DNA of 64,000 nt from Somniosus microcephalus. Taxonomy: Eukaryota. The stretch lies in assembly GCA_052327205.1 (NCBI GenBank), contig CM126209.1:33790001-33854000 (forward strand). The letters run 5' to 3'. Positions 1 through 12,760 of this stretch are shown piece by piece. The position numbers were made by a program, and so were the translations under genes. The notes under the pieces were generated by a model, which saw nothing but the letters and a program-made list of their open reading frames with translations, had not been told where the DNA came from and ran no database searches. How positions within the stretch are numbered: the first letter of the stretch is position 1; each line of letters begins with the position of its first letter.

Positions 1-1126
1 GTCCATGTCACAGAGGCAGAGGAGAAAGGGCAACACTGTAGGTGTGACGAGCGGGAGCCTGTGCAGAGCAAGAGAAAGGGCAACCTTGTGCAAATGGTGC
101 TGTTCACTCACATACGTAAGTATAGCTTTGTGAAAGTTCCCGAACACATAAAAATATTGATTGATTTATTAAAATTTGATTTCAATTGGACAACACCAAT
201 AGGATTTTTGTTTAAAACTAACTAGAATTGTAGGATTAAAACATACTAATATTTTATATTAATTTCATTTTCATTTTGTTTAAACTAATGAACACTACAT
301 TCACTGAAGAGCTTATTTAGAAAGCAAATGTTGCAGTATCAATTCATGGATTGATTGTAGGTGGTTGCACATTCTTGTCACACACAGTTCCCATGAATAG
401 CACAGAACCGGTGACAATCGGCCAATCAGAAAGTTTAAGTAAATAATCAGCATAATAATAAGTCTCCTCCACTAAAGCCACAATGTGTTTTGTGGAAATA
501 GCTGAAATTTAATCTGCACTTTGCTGTTGACCCTGCAATACATTGACTAGCTTTTCCCACCCCAGTAAAAATGAAACCGCAAGGAAACAGTAGTAGGGAC
601 TGTGACACAGCCATATAATGACCCAGTCGTTGTTCCTTCGGCAGTTAATTCACTTGGTCTGGTTTCAAAAACGTATAAAAGAAAATATTAGACAAGTCAA
701 AAAAGCGGCCAAAACCGAGGAGGAGGAGGAGCGAGCATGAGCAAGAGAGGAGCAGCAAGAGCAAAGAATGCAGTAAAATCAGTTTCTCATTTCCTACAGA
801 GGGCCCCCTGCAGTGAAAACAACCCCTCTAAAACAAAGCACTCTTTTATGACTCAAACAATGTGATGTATTAAGCAATAGTTTCAAGATTTCTTCCTGCC
901 ACCCAGTTGCACAAGCACACTCCAAAACATCCATTAGCTGGGTTTAAGTACTAATCCTGCAAAGTCATGTACCAGTCACGCTGACAAATGTGCACTACTT
1001 TTTCTGCAAAGAATTACAGCAGAATTTCAACAGAAAAAAGTAATTACACTTTCTTGCATTTCATTTTTCTTTTATTTCCTGGTTTATTTTAGAAAATCTT
1101 TTTCTTTCCTGGAGAAATCAGCTGGA

Positions 1127-2300
1127 ACCATGATCTCCCTCCAGTCCATGGGCTCTCCCAGGTACCAGGATCTCTATCCAGTTCCATGGGATCTCCCCAG
1201 GTACCAGGATCTCCCGCCAGTCCCATGGGCTCTCCCAGGTACCAGGATCTCGCTCCAGTCACATGGGCTCTCCCAGGTACCAGGATCTCGCTCCAGTCAC
1301 ATGGGCTCTCCCTGGTACCAGGATCTCCCTCCAGTCCCATGGGCTCTCCCCGGTACCAGGATCTCCCGCCAGTCCCATGGGCTCTCCCAGGTACCAGGAT
1401 CTCCCTCCAGTCCCATGGGCTCTCCCTGGTACCAGGATCTCCCACCAGTCCCATGGGCTCTCCCTGGTACCAGGATCTCCCTCCAGTCCCATGGGCACTC
1501 CCCGGTACCAGGATCTCCCTCCAGTCCCATGGGCTCTCCCTGGTACCAGGATCTCCCTCCAGTCCCATGGGATCTCCCCAGGTACCAGGATCTCCCGCCA
1601 GTCCCATGGGCTCTCCCAGGTACCAGGATCTCGCTCCAGTCACATGGGCTCTCCCAGGTACCAGGATCTCGCTCCAGTCACATGGGCTCTCCCTGGTACC
1701 AGGATCTCCCTCCAGTCCCATGGGCTCTCCCCGGTACCAGGATCTCCCGCCAGTCCCATGGGCTCTCCCAGGTACCAGGATCTCCCTCCAGTCCCATGGG
1801 CTCTCCCTGGTACCAGGATCTCCCACCAGTCCCATGGGCTCTCCCTGGTACCAGGATCTCCCTCCAGTCCCATGGGCACTCCCCGGTACCAGGATCTCCC
1901 TCCAGTCCCATGGGATCTCCCAGGTACCAGGATCTCCCTCCAGTCCCATGGGCTCTCCCTGGTACCAGGATCTCCCACCAGTCCCATGGGCTCTCCCTGG
2001 TACCAGGATCTCCCTCCAGTCCCATGGGCTCTCCCTGGTACCAGGATCTCCCTCCAGTCCCATGGGATCTCCCCAGGTACCAGGATCTCCCTCTAGTTCC
2101 ATGGGCTCTCCCAGGTACCAGGATCTCCATCCAGTCCCATGGGCTCTCCCAGGTACCAGGATCTCCCTCCAGTCCCATGGGTTCTCCCAGGTACCAGGAT
2201 CTCCATCCAGTCCCATGGGCACTCCCCGGTACCAGGATCTCCTGCCAGTCCCATGGGCTCTCCCCGGTACTGGGATCTCCAACCAGACCCATGGGCTCTC
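1127..2300. repeat. 38-bp GC-rich minisatellite (about 30 copies) with a ~381-bp higher-order repeat
   Basis: Unit CCATGGGCTCTCCCAGGTACCAGGATCTCCCTCCAGTC. The variant pattern recurs at a 381-bp offset (1186 vs 1567). Degenerate copies continue to about 2460. Confidence 0.97.
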
Positions 2301-2469
2301 CACCCCCTCATCCAATACCATGAGCCCCCTGTAGTACCACGGGCTCTCCCCCCACCCCAGCTACCACGAACTCCCTCCAGTCCTATGGGCTCCTTTCCCT
2401 TTCCTGGTACCATGAACTACATCCAGTACCACGTGCTCCCCCACTCGCCCACCCTGGTACCACAAGCTT

Positions 2470-3026
2470 ACTCTAGACCTGCAGCCGAACCCAGACGCAC
2501 GGGTTTCCTGGACGTCCTGCAAAACGACTTTTTCAACAGGTTTCCAGCCTGACACCGCGGGCAGGTGCCGGGGAAATCGGGTATTGCAGGTAGTGGGGGG
2601 GTGGGGGGGTGGGGGGGGGGGGGGAGGGTGCAAATCGGACATCACAGGGTTGGGGCTCGCCGGGGTCCAATCGCATGCTTGTCAGGCCTAAGGGAAAGAC
2701 TCCTGCTCCTTCTGGCTCACAAACAGTGCAATAATGGCACTTCCCTCATGCATCCGGCCCTTCTTGCCCCAGTTTACCTGCCGGTATTCCCAAGGCCCAG
2801 GATTCCAGCCTCCACGAGTTAAAAATAAAAATCCAGTTGAAATGGAAGCACGCAGCCTCCTTAAAAGATTTCAGTGACCGACCCGCCTCCTGAGAGCGGA
2901 TTGGTCGCCCGGCCCCGACCCGCCTCCGTTAAAACCGAAAGTTGGAGGCAGGTTGGGGTCGGGTTTGAGATTTTACATTTTTTTTTTACTTTTCCACCCG
3001 TCCTTGGGGGTTAAAATTCCTCCCAT
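2470..3026. mobile_element. Non-autonomous DNA transposon remnant, probably Harbinger-type
   Basis: CpG-rich block ending in GGTTAAAATTCCTCCC, similar to the right TIR at 26930-26947. Left end not identified. Confidence 0.4.
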
Positions 3027-4039
3027 GGTCTCCCCCTTCCCCCCCCCCGCCAGTACAACAAGCTCCCTCCAGTACTGCAGGCTTCTCTCTCACTAATCAT
3101 GGGTAAATGGGAGTAATAGTGGTTACCAGAAAACAAACCAGTGGTATATACCAACGAGGCCTGGCATTCCTCAATCAGGGTTGTGGCAATCATAAGTTCT
3201 GTGGCCAGCCCAACTCGGTTGTTTGTTTTTTGTAAATCACCGGTCCCCAGCACGTCATCTATAACCACTTTATCTCACATCTGTGGCACTCCACAGCTTC
3301 TTACTAATTCCACACAGGGAAATGAAGCCAGAATCAATGCAAGACCAGGTAAACACAAAACTTTGTAATTAATAAAAACTAAGAATGTCACTAATCATCT
3401 GTAAATATGATATCCAGGAGTCAAAGATAACCCACAACTTCTTTTCTCCACTAACTTAAACCTCTCTCTCCTGCCCCCTCCACCATCAGTTTGATCAACT
3501 AAGTTCTCACTAACAAGTACACCACCGTGTGGAAGTGGTGTCAAAGGCCTAGTGCCTCCCTAAAAGGCAAGGGGATATTGGATGCAGAGCTATTAATAGA
3601 TAGGTGTAGAGTGCCATTGGCCTAGGAATAGGTTGCTTACTCACCCTATCACCTGCTTAAGGTGTGTTCCAGTGAGACATGAATGGCCAAGAAAAAAAAA
3701 AGGTAAAGCAGAAGGATTTCATGTTCTCATTTAAAAAGTCCAAATGGTGAGCTGATGGTCTTGTACCACTGGGTGAGATTCCCTCTCGAGGCATAAGACA
3801 GAACGGTATGGAGCAAAGAGGTAGCTGTCCTCCTGGTCTCTGGCTTCCAACCTCCAGGCAACCATTCTAACTGTTCCCCATCTGATCTTCAGTATTGTAA
3901 AATTAATCAATTTGCTTTAACTGCTAAAATTAAATTATCTTTCCTAAAGTGGGCTACATTATAAGTGTTTGATTTGGTTTGATCAACCCAAACATTACTG
4001 AACAGTCCCAGCAGGCCACCTCACTTGGAACCATCACCT

Positions 4040-4128
4040 TCCTACATTGCAACAGTGACTATACTTCAAAAGTACTTCATTGGCTGTACGCACTTTGGGA
4101 CCTCCCGAGGTTGTGAAAGGCGCTATAT
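4040..4128 (+). mobile_element. 3' tail of a SacSINE1/Deu-type SINE
   Basis: CAACAGTGACTATACTTCAAAAGTACTTCATTGGCTGT...GAAAGGCGCTATATA matches the tail of the copy at 20676-21110. Confidence 0.75.
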
Positions 4129-4655
4129 AGGCCACAGCTGGAATACTGTGTGCAGTTCTGGTCGCCACACTATAGGAGGGATGTGGTTGCATTAGAGAGG
4201 GTGCAGAGGAGATTCACCAGGATATTACTTGGGCTGGAGCGTTTCAGCTATGAAGAGAGACTGGACAGGCTGGGGTTGTTTTCCTTAGAGCAGAGAAGGC
4301 TGAGGGGGGACCTGATTGAGGTGTACAAAATTATGAGGGGCATAGATAGGGTAGATAGAAAGGGATTTTTCCCCTTAGTAGAGGAGTCAATAACCAGGGG
4401 GCATAGTTTCAAGGTAAGGGGCAGAAGGTTTAGAGGGGATTTGAGGAAAAACTTTTTCACCCAGAGGGTGGTTGGAGTCTGGAACTCACTGCCTGAAAGG
4501 GTGGTAGAGGCAGGAACCCTCACAACATTCAAGAAGCATTTAGATGAGCACTTGAAACACCATAGCATACAAGGCTATGGACCAAGTGCTGGAAAATGGG
4601 ATTAGAATAGATAGAGCTTGATGGCCAGCACAGATACGATGGGCCGAAGGGCCTC
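4129..4655 (+). mobile_element. CR1 LINE 3' end (ORF2 C-terminus and 3' UTR). The tail resumes at 5239-5263.
   Basis: Translation RPQLEYCVQFWSPHYRRDVVALERVQRRFTR...RRLRGDLIEVYKIM...FFTQRVVGVWNSLP is typical CR1. The UTR GGGCCGAAGGGCCTC continues as TTTCTGTGCTGTATAACTC after the insertion. Confidence 0.93.
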
Positions 4656-5238
4656 TGACATGAATCAGTCATTCATGAAAGAAAGACTTATCACAGAATC
4701 ACAGAAACCCCACAGTGCAGATAGAGGCCATTTCGGCCCATCGAGCCTGCACCGACACATATCCCACCCGATCCCCGTAACCCCTACACCAACACATATC
4801 CCACCCTATCCCTGTAACCCCACGTATTTAATCCCCCTAACACTAAGGGTCAATTTATCATAGCCAATCAACCTAACCCGCACATCTTTGGAGTGTGGGA
4901 GGAAACCGGAGCACCCGGCGAAAACCCACACAAACACGGGGAGAATGTGCAAACTCCACACAGACAGTCGCCCGAGGCCGGATTCAAACCCGGGTCCCTG
5001 ACGCTGTGAAGCAACAGTGCTAACCACTATGCCACCGTGCTGCTTATGAAATAATACTGAGCGGCCTACGGGTGGCGCTGTCCAGGGAGAGTATAAATAC
5101 TTGGGCATGGGCCCAGCTTGCACAGGACATTCTTAACAGAAACTAGTGAAGGACACAACTAGACCTCCATGTTGTAAAACAGTTGATTAAAGCTTTGTTT
5201 AACGCTTAGACCAAGTGCCTGGTAGTTTTCTTACGTCA
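4656..5238 (+). mobile_element. Solo-LTR-like element, copy A, interrupted by an HE1 SINE
   Basis: TGACA...CGTCA termini, 5-bp TSD GCCTC (4651-4655 and 5239-5243), TATAAATA and ATTAAA inside. Homologous to 5659-5885. Confidence 0.8.
4692..5042 (-). mobile_element. HE1 (V-SINE) element
   Basis: Minus strand has the tRNA-like head GGCACGGTGGCATAGTGGTTAGCACTG...GGGTTTGAATCC, the V-domain GGAGTTTGCACATTCTCCCCGTG and a CR1-like tail. Flanked by CTTAT repeats. Confidence 0.88.
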
Positions 5239-5658
5239 GCCTCTTTCTGTGCTGTATAACTCTTTCTTCAATAGTGCGTACCATTCTTAAAAGATCAGTC
5301 TTTATAACACCTGAACTGTGGTACACAACCTTAAATGTGGAAGTCAGGGCCTTTCTCCCGCTGCAGTCCATCTATCACACTGGAGATATACAACACAAAC
5401 ATAAGCATTAACCATCAGATTTTTAAGCTTATGGCTTTTCAAGCCATGTATCAGCTTGCCTGCATTTTACAAGAAAAATCAGCTTTATTCACTGGTGTTG
5501 GAGGTTGTCAGTATCAATTAATCATTTCATTTGGAAGGTGGAACTGAAGTCTGTCGAAACCAAATAAGTTGGTGAGCAAGACTCCAGCCAGACTTCACTT
5601 AATCACATTGTTTGTTGTGAACAACCCTGAGGCAAATAAGCAGCTGAAATGCAGCTTC

Positions 5659-5885
5659 TGACATAAATCGTGCCATTTATGTAGAAAGGACTTATGAAAT
5701 ATACTGGGCGGCCTGCTGGCGGCGCTGTCCAGGGAGAGTATAAATACTCGGGCACAGGCCCAGCTTGCTTGGGACATTTTGTAAACAGGAACTAGTGAAG
5801 GATAACTAGACCTCCATGTTGTGAAACAGTCGATTAAAGCCTTGTTTAATACTCTGACCAAGTGCCTAGTAGTTTTCTTACGTCA
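5659..5885 (+). mobile_element. Solo-LTR-like element, copy B (227 bp)
   Basis: TGACA...CGTCA termini, TSD GCTTC (5654-5658 and 5886-5890), TATA box and ATTAAA. Confidence 0.82.
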
Positions 5886-6257
5886 GCTTCTATATTTTGT
5901 TTTAAAATTTGCTCTCAAGAAGAACTTCTTGGGTCATGCCTGACTGTTGTTTTATGTTAAGGTTTAATTTCTTCAATACTGGTTGCAGTTGTTTTTTTCA
6001 GACTAGCTGGATGTTCTTGGGTGAAATGCATTAACTAGCTTTGTTTGGCAATTTCTGTCACTGTACTTGTGCAATTGCCTAGGCTTGAAAATGAAATCAG
6101 GAGTGGGGTTCGATATATGATGTGTTATGCGTAATGAAAATACAGAGATTCACACTCAGAACTGCAGTTGGCTCCAAAATGCCCAAAAATTACCAAGTCA
6201 AGTGTCAAAAACAAAAATATTCTGGAAGGGCCATGCCCCTATATCTAATTGAGTACT

Positions 6258-6500
6258 TCAAATGATAAAGGGCTTCAATAGGGTAGATAGAAAGAAACTA
6301 TTTCCTCTGGTAGGGGGAAATCCAGAGCAAGAGGGCACAATCTTAAAATTAGAGCTCGATCGTTTAAGGTGAAATCAGGAAGCAGTTCTTCACACAAAGG
6401 GTAATGGAATCTGGAACTTGCTCCCCCAAAAGGCTGGGGATACTGGGGCAACTGTAATTTTCAACAACTGTATACGTTCTATGGAATTATAAAGATTCTT
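6258..6500 (+). mobile_element. Degraded CR1 fragment
   Basis: AGGGTAGATAGAAAGAAACTATTTCCTCTGG...TTCTTCACACAAAGGGT is similar to 4330-4500. Confidence 0.7.
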
Positions 6501-6529
6501 CTTCACTCTACATGTAAAAGTCAGATAGC

Positions 6530-7540
6530 CAAGTGGTGAAGGATAGAATACATTCCATTTCCCGCACTTCTGCTCTCACCCCTTCCCCTCCCTCCCAGAA
6601 CCATGATAGGGTTCCCCTTGTCCTCACCATTCACCCCACCAGCTTCCACATTCAACGGATCATATTCCGCCATTTCCGCCACCTCCAACGTGATCCCACC
6701 ACCAAACACATCTTCCCCTCACCTCCCCTTTCAGCATTCCGAAGGGACCGTTCCCTCCGCGACACTCTGGTCCACTCCTCAATCATCCCCAACAGCCCTT
6801 CCCCTTCGCCTGGCACCTTCCCGTGCAAGCGCAGGAGATGCAACACATGCCCTTTTACCTCCTCCCTTCCCACTGTCTAGGGCCCCAAACACTCCTTCCA
6901 GGTGAAACAGCGATTTACTTGTACTTCTTGCAATTTAGTATACTGTATTCGCTGCTTACGATGCGGTCTCCTCTACATTGGGGAGACCAAACGCAGATTG
7001 GGCGACTGCTTTGCAGAACACCTCCATTCAGTCCATAAGGGTGACCCTGAGCTTCCGGTCGCCTGTCACTTTAATGCTCCGCCTCTCTCCCACACTGATC
7101 GCTCTGTCCTCGGCCTATTACATTGTTCCAATGAAGCTCAACGTAAGCTCAAGGAACAGCACCTCATCTTTCAATTAGGCACTTTACAGCCTTCCGCACT
7201 CAACATCGAGTTCAACAATTTCAGATAATAATCCCGCCCCCATTTTTCATGCTGTATGATTTTTGCCATTCCCATTTGCAACATTTTATCTTTCCTGCCT
7301 CTTACAAAAGTACAGTATATTCTTTCAATTCCTTCCTCCCCTCCTAAACCCCCCACCCCCTGTCTCTGCACCTGCTTAATATCGGTTACATCTCCAGCTT
7401 TTTCCAGTTCTGATGAAGGGTCCCAGACCGGAAACGTTAACTCTGTTTCTCTCTCCATGGATGCTGCCTGGCCTGCTGAGTATTTCCAGCATTTTCTGTT
7501 GTTATTTCAGATTCCAGCATCCGCGGTATTTTGCTATTGT
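6530..7540 (+). mobile_element. Penelope-like element: GIY-YIG endonuclease region and terminal repeat
   Basis: RVPLVLTIHP...PGTFPCKRRRCNTC...NLVYCIRCLRCGLLYIGETKRRLGDCFAEHL...LGTLQPSALN, with one in-frame stop at 6878-6880. Terminal region contains CTGATGA...GAAACGTT. Confidence 0.92.
7406..7442 (+). ncRNA. Minimal hammerhead-ribozyme-like motif in the Penelope terminal repeat
   Basis: AGTT-CTGATGA-(GGTC/GACC stem)-GAAA-CGTT-AACT: core boxes, short helix I AGTT/AACT and palindromic ACGT in place of helix III. Confidence 0.6.
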
Positions 7541-8884
7541 AATAGAATACTTCAGTCGCTTACAAGCCTTTATTTACAGAGACACGTCTTACATACCATG
7601 CACCCCAAGATAAGCTATTCCCCTTCCCGAGCCTGCTCCCATATATATGAACACAAGAGAGTCCCCAATTAACACCCACTACCTGAATACAATTTACACT
7701 ACAGACGGAACACTGAAGATTCCTTTTCACAAAGAACTGAACAAGTGTCAGAGTGCCTTCAACCACCATCAGCTGTCTTCAGAAAGCAACAATTGTTTTG
7801 AGGACCTTCATAGTCCTTCTGTCTATTTTCCCTCTGGCTATCGTACAGAAAGTAGAATTCCAAATAGTTCTCCCTCAGGCTCCTATCACTGAAGATAAAG
7901 AAACTCCTTATTTGTTGAGTGCACATCATGAGCTGGATTTTATCTCACTCAATTCTGCTTCCTCTTCCTTCTGTACCATCATTCCAGAAACTAAAAAGAC
8001 TTCAGGGAAGGACTCCACATTTTCAAAGGCACACTAGAGAAGCAATACCATTTCCGTTCTTGACACTCCTCAGTTCTTCTCTCTTCCCACCCTTGCACAT
8101 TATCTGAGTTTCAGATCTGATTGTATTCAAGGAAACTAAAACTCTGCCACAAAAAAGAAAGACTTCTGTGTGGAACTCACCTTGTAAACCTCGTGCCCCA
8201 CCCAGTGCTTCACAGTTTTTACATTCCTGTGGTGGATACCGGTTTTGAATTTTACTAAATAGATCAAGTCACTTTTAAAATGCAATTATGATTGATAAGA
8301 TGTCCCTTATCACATCCACTATTCCAGCTGACAGCTCTGGTCAAGCTTTATAAGAGTCCCCATCATAGGGCTATTTGATTATCTTTTGATGACCCTCCAG
8401 GCCTTGGTTTCAACTCTTGCTGCCTCCCCTGCAGACTTTCCCTTTAGGGGGCACCTAGTCAAGAAAAACTCCTCACTGCAGTTTTGACATCAGTGGACCA
8501 ATTCGGTACTGAGTGTAAGTTTTCTCTCATCTAAGTTGTCTCTCAATCAGGATTATGTTTATTAAGAGGAGGCTACGGTCCTTCTTGGAGCCATAAATGC
8601 AACATCAATCAGTTGAGACACTTCTTCCTTGATTTACCACTTCCTTAATTTTAAAGAGTTTCCATAAGTCAAATGTACCTAAATTAATTTCAGGAAATCT
8701 TCTGATCACCACTTGACCAGTGCAACCTGCCTGTAGTCTGTCCAATGCACTGCAACTACAAAATCTTTTGAGACTCTTGTATGTATCCCCCTGTACACTT
8801 AAGAGTCAACCCCTAAAGTACTCTTAGTCTTGTCCTGGGTTTTGAGAATATTCGTTTTTGAGTGCGCTCCTACTGAGTAAAAAA

Positions 8885-9709
8885 GAGAACAAGTTAGCCT
8901 TTACCATTCTGTGGAGGCTCCCTGCTACAAATGATGTCAATGGCAGCCTCCTCAATTGGCGTGAACACTTGCATTGTTGCTGGACCTCCTTGGATCTTTT
9001 CATCTCCCTCTTGTTGTATGCCAGCTTGTCCTAAAAGAAAAGTGGGAGTGGGTTAGTGAAGGTGTGTTAGGCAGCTTATCACAGTATGCACACTGAGAGG
9101 AAGAAGCAGTAGCTGTGGGAGAGAGATGGAAGTAGTTCTCAGGGTGGTAGCAAGTCCTGAGTATGCAGGCGTAAGCAGAAGGAGGTACAGTGAAGTGTGC
9201 TGTTGTGATTGGAGAGGCATGGGAAACAGGGAGGGAAGGATTGGTAGTGCTTGGGCTGCTGTGACTAAAGTAGGGCAATGCAGAGAGTAAGAGAGATGTG
9301 GTAGGGTATTTTACCTTAACAGCTCTGGTGAGGTCATTAAATTTTTTCCTGCATTGTTGCCAGGTCCGTGGAACACCCCCACGAAACCAATCGCAAACAA
9401 TGGGGTCTGGGTTGTAGTCGTCTTCTCAGCTGGGTGTGAAAACAGATCTACGCTCTACCATACAAAAAGTGTACCTTCCCTTTAAGACGTGCAGGTAGCT
9501 TTGAAATAACAGCAGCCCTGCCAGATTTCCTGCCCCCGCAGTGGGCAAGCTGCCTATATGGAGCACAATTGGCGCTGGCAGCTCGTCTTGAATATTAAAA
9601 TAGAGGCCTGTCCACGAAAATGGATCGGGCCTCCCGCCGACATGGTCGGGTGGACTGAGTGGACATCCCACCCGCTGTCCATCTGATTTACTCAAAAAAT
9701 TGTCCCCCA
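8885..9709 (-). mobile_element. Harbinger transposon remnant with Myb/SANT-like fragment
   Basis: Minus strand at about 9330-9374 reads VPRTWQQCRKKFNDL. TIR-like end AAAATTGTCCCC. Layout resembles 33030-34748. Confidence 0.7.
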
Positions 9710-10310
9710 TTACCTTAAATTTCGTAATTGATCCAAGCCGTCCCTATATTGTAATTCAAGTCCCTCATCTGACAATTCGTCCTTATGGCAAGTTGAAATT
9801 GGGCATAGTCACCAACAGTTAAAAGCATGATATTTCTTTTCTCCATGTGCCCCCCTCCACTGCCAGAATTTATCAACATTTTAATACTTTGAGCAGTGCC
9901 AAGTAGATCATTCATGTTGGTGGCACCCAGTGCCTGGGGCACCTGCCAAGCTATCATATTAAACATATTCCCAACAACAACCCAAAAGAAAATACCAGAA
10001 GCTTGGACCAGTTTGCTCAATGATGTAACCAGGCCTACGTTCCACTGCTCAAGTGACTGAAAAAACAGAGCTCTCAGGAATCAGTTAACAACCAGCAACT
10101 CTGGGTTGAAAGATTTGGATCCCAGGTTCAGAATGGAGGATGGGAAGCTGTAGCCACATAAGAGGAAAAGAATGTAAAAGAAAAAAAAAGTAGGGGAGAT
10201 AAAGAGGAATTTTTAAAAAAATATTTCACTTTTACTTTAGGATTTTTCTTTAAGCGTCAATTTTGTTGGTCTTACATTCGTGTAACTATAATAAAGTTTC
10301 TTCTGACATT

Positions 10311-11053
10311 GGTCTAGAAATTACTGGGAAAATAATGGCGAGTTCACAATGCACACTGTTATTAGTGCATTAACAAAAAAATAGCAATTTGTGGCAAGGA
10401 AGAGCTGCTCCGTGAGCTGCAAATCGTCACAAATTGCTGGACGATTTGCGCCGCTCTGCCGTGAGTCTCACAACAGCCGAAACTTGTCAACAACCTCCCC
10501 ACGAGTTTCAAGATATTGCTGGATTTGCGCCATGAGTACGAATTAAACTTGCCGCGGAAAGTTAGGGCTGCTAATTCACAACGTAATGACACTTTTAATG
10601 ATGAGATTTATGCTCCTGCAATGCCACTCAACCTTGAAGGCCCAGAAAGGGACCAATTGAAACTATGGAGTATCACTCCTGCAGGTAGTAAATTGTTCCT
10701 AGAGGTTTTTTAAAATTTAAAATTTTATTTCTTTTCGGTCTCTCTTTTTCTCTCTCTCTTTTAATCCAATCTTTCTTTCCTTCTCATCATTTCTCTTCCG
10801 GTATCTAATTTGACTCTAATTTACTCTATTACCCTCTGTCTTTCGCTCTGTTTTTTCTCTATCCTTAAATTTAATTGGTTAAGGAGATAGACACTTGGTT
10901 CCGAGGTCCCAGATGCCCCGTTGATCTCGCCCTTATTAAATCGCACTTCCAGCAATTTACGGCGCAAAAATAATTGGAGCTGAAGGGTGAGGGAAAAAAA
11001 ATCCAACTCACGCCGCTCGCCGCGAGATGCCCCACTCCAGCAAATTCTGGGCC
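10311..11053. mobile_element. MITE with imperfect 17-bp TIRs and 3-bp TSD (Harbinger-like)
   Basis: GGTCTAGAAATTACTGG ... CCAGCAAATTCTGGGCC, with ATT on both sides. Confidence 0.7.
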
Positions 11054-11749
11054 ATTATCACTCTAATATTAGGGCATTTTTTAATATGACAATTTGTGAG
11101 CTGAAAGATGAAAAAAAATGGCTGGCCCAGGCAGCAGAGAATTCCCTGGAGCTGCTGGTAATCCAAGGGTTAAACTTCAAAGAATAACTTCACAAAGGAT
11201 TGTCAGATCTGAATGATTCAGCAAGTATCAAAATAGGATAGACTCTAGATATAAGGAACAGAAAGTACAACCTAATCGCTCATTATTTATAAATGAAGAA
11301 ATTACTCAGGGCCCACCAACATACAACAGGAAATCAAATGAGCCATCTTAATTACTTGGACTTTTGACCTGTATTTGTAATTTATAACTCTGATAGATCT
11401 GCAATGGCTTTGGAGAAAAAAAAACTAACACCACATGATAACCTGAAGACATTGCAAATTCTCTGGTGCTATTTATATGTGATATCATTCAGACATACAT
11501 GCCACCATGGGCCACAGCAGATAAATGTTGTATAATTTCTACATAGAGCATTTCCTATTTAATTCTGTAACTTCCATTTCTAATTAATGAGAACTGGGGC
11601 GACAGGTTTCGATCTGCCTTGCAAACACACTGAGGCCAAGCATGTGAAACTCCCAGCAGGATACCATCTCACACCGCTTGTGCTTCTCACCTGGTGGAGT
11701 ATAACTCCAGTCCTGTGTGAAACCGGTTTAAATAATGCTCAGGCTCTCC

Positions 11750-12760
11750 ATGGCATCATTTGCAATGGCTTCTCTTCCTGCTCTCGCACCATTACCTCTG
11801 GAGTCCCCCAAGGATCTATCCTTGGCCCCCTCCTATTTCTCATCTACATGCTGCCCCTCAGCGACATCATCCGAAAACACAGCGTCAGGTTCCACATGTA
11901 CGCTGACAACACCCAGCTCTACCTCACCATAAATCTCAACCCCTCCACTGCCTCTGATTTGTCAGGCTGCTTGTCCAACATTCAGTACTGGATGAGCAGA
12001 AATTTCCTCCAACTAAATATTAGGAAGACCAAAGCCAATGTCTTCGGTCCCCACCACAAACTCCGTCCCCGAGCCACTGTCTCCATCCTTCTCCCTGGAA
12101 ACTGTCTGAGACTGAACTAGACTGAACGCAACCTTGGCACCCTATTTGACCCCGAGGTGAACTTCCGACTACATAGCCGCTCCATCACCAGAACCAAAAC
12201 CACCTACTTCCACCTCCGCAACAATGCTCGTCTCCGACCCTGCCTCCGCTTATCCAGGCCTTTGTTACCACTAGTCTTGACTATTCCAATAGTCTCCTGG
12301 CTGGCCTCCCATTTTGGACCCTCCATAAGCTTGAGCTCGTCCAAAACTCTGTCGCTCATATCCTAACTCGCGCAAAGTCCCGTTCACCCATCACCCCTGT
12401 GCTCGCTGACGTACATTGGCTCCTGGTCCTGCAACGTCTCTGTAACTTCCTCCAGCCTTGCAACCCTCAGAGACAGTGCTCCTTCAATTCTGGCCTTTGC
12501 CAGATTTTAATTGCCCCACCATTGGCGGCTGTGCCTTCAGTTGCCTAGGCCCTAAACTCTGGAATTCCTCTCTGTCTTTCTACCTCTCTTTCCTCCTTTA
12601 AGTCGCTCCTTAAAACCTTTGACCAAGTTTTTGGTCACCTGTCTCAATCGCTCCTTATGTGGCTCGGTGTCAAATTTTTCATGATAATGCTCCTGTGACG
12701 CCACCTTGGGACGTTTTCCTACGTTAAAGGTGCTATATAAATGCAAGTTGTTGTTGTAGT
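11750..12760 (+). mobile_element. L2 LINE 3' portion, degraded RT
   Basis: SGVPQGSILGPLLFLIYMLPL...HMYADNTQLY...WMSRNFLQLN. Tail TATAAATGCAAG(TTG)n. Confidence 0.92.

Noticed and set aside
1127-2300. CRISPR-like regular repeats
   Set aside because: Units are head-to-tail with no unique spacers, there are no cas genes, and the context is eukaryotic.
1089-2413. Long ORFs (up to 410 aa) on both strands
   Set aside because: They arise from a stop-free 38-bp repeat. There is no domain content or splice context.
7560-8870. Possibly decayed coding sequence on the minus strand
   Set aside because: Many stops and no motif I can assign. It may be an old transposon, but I cannot support that.
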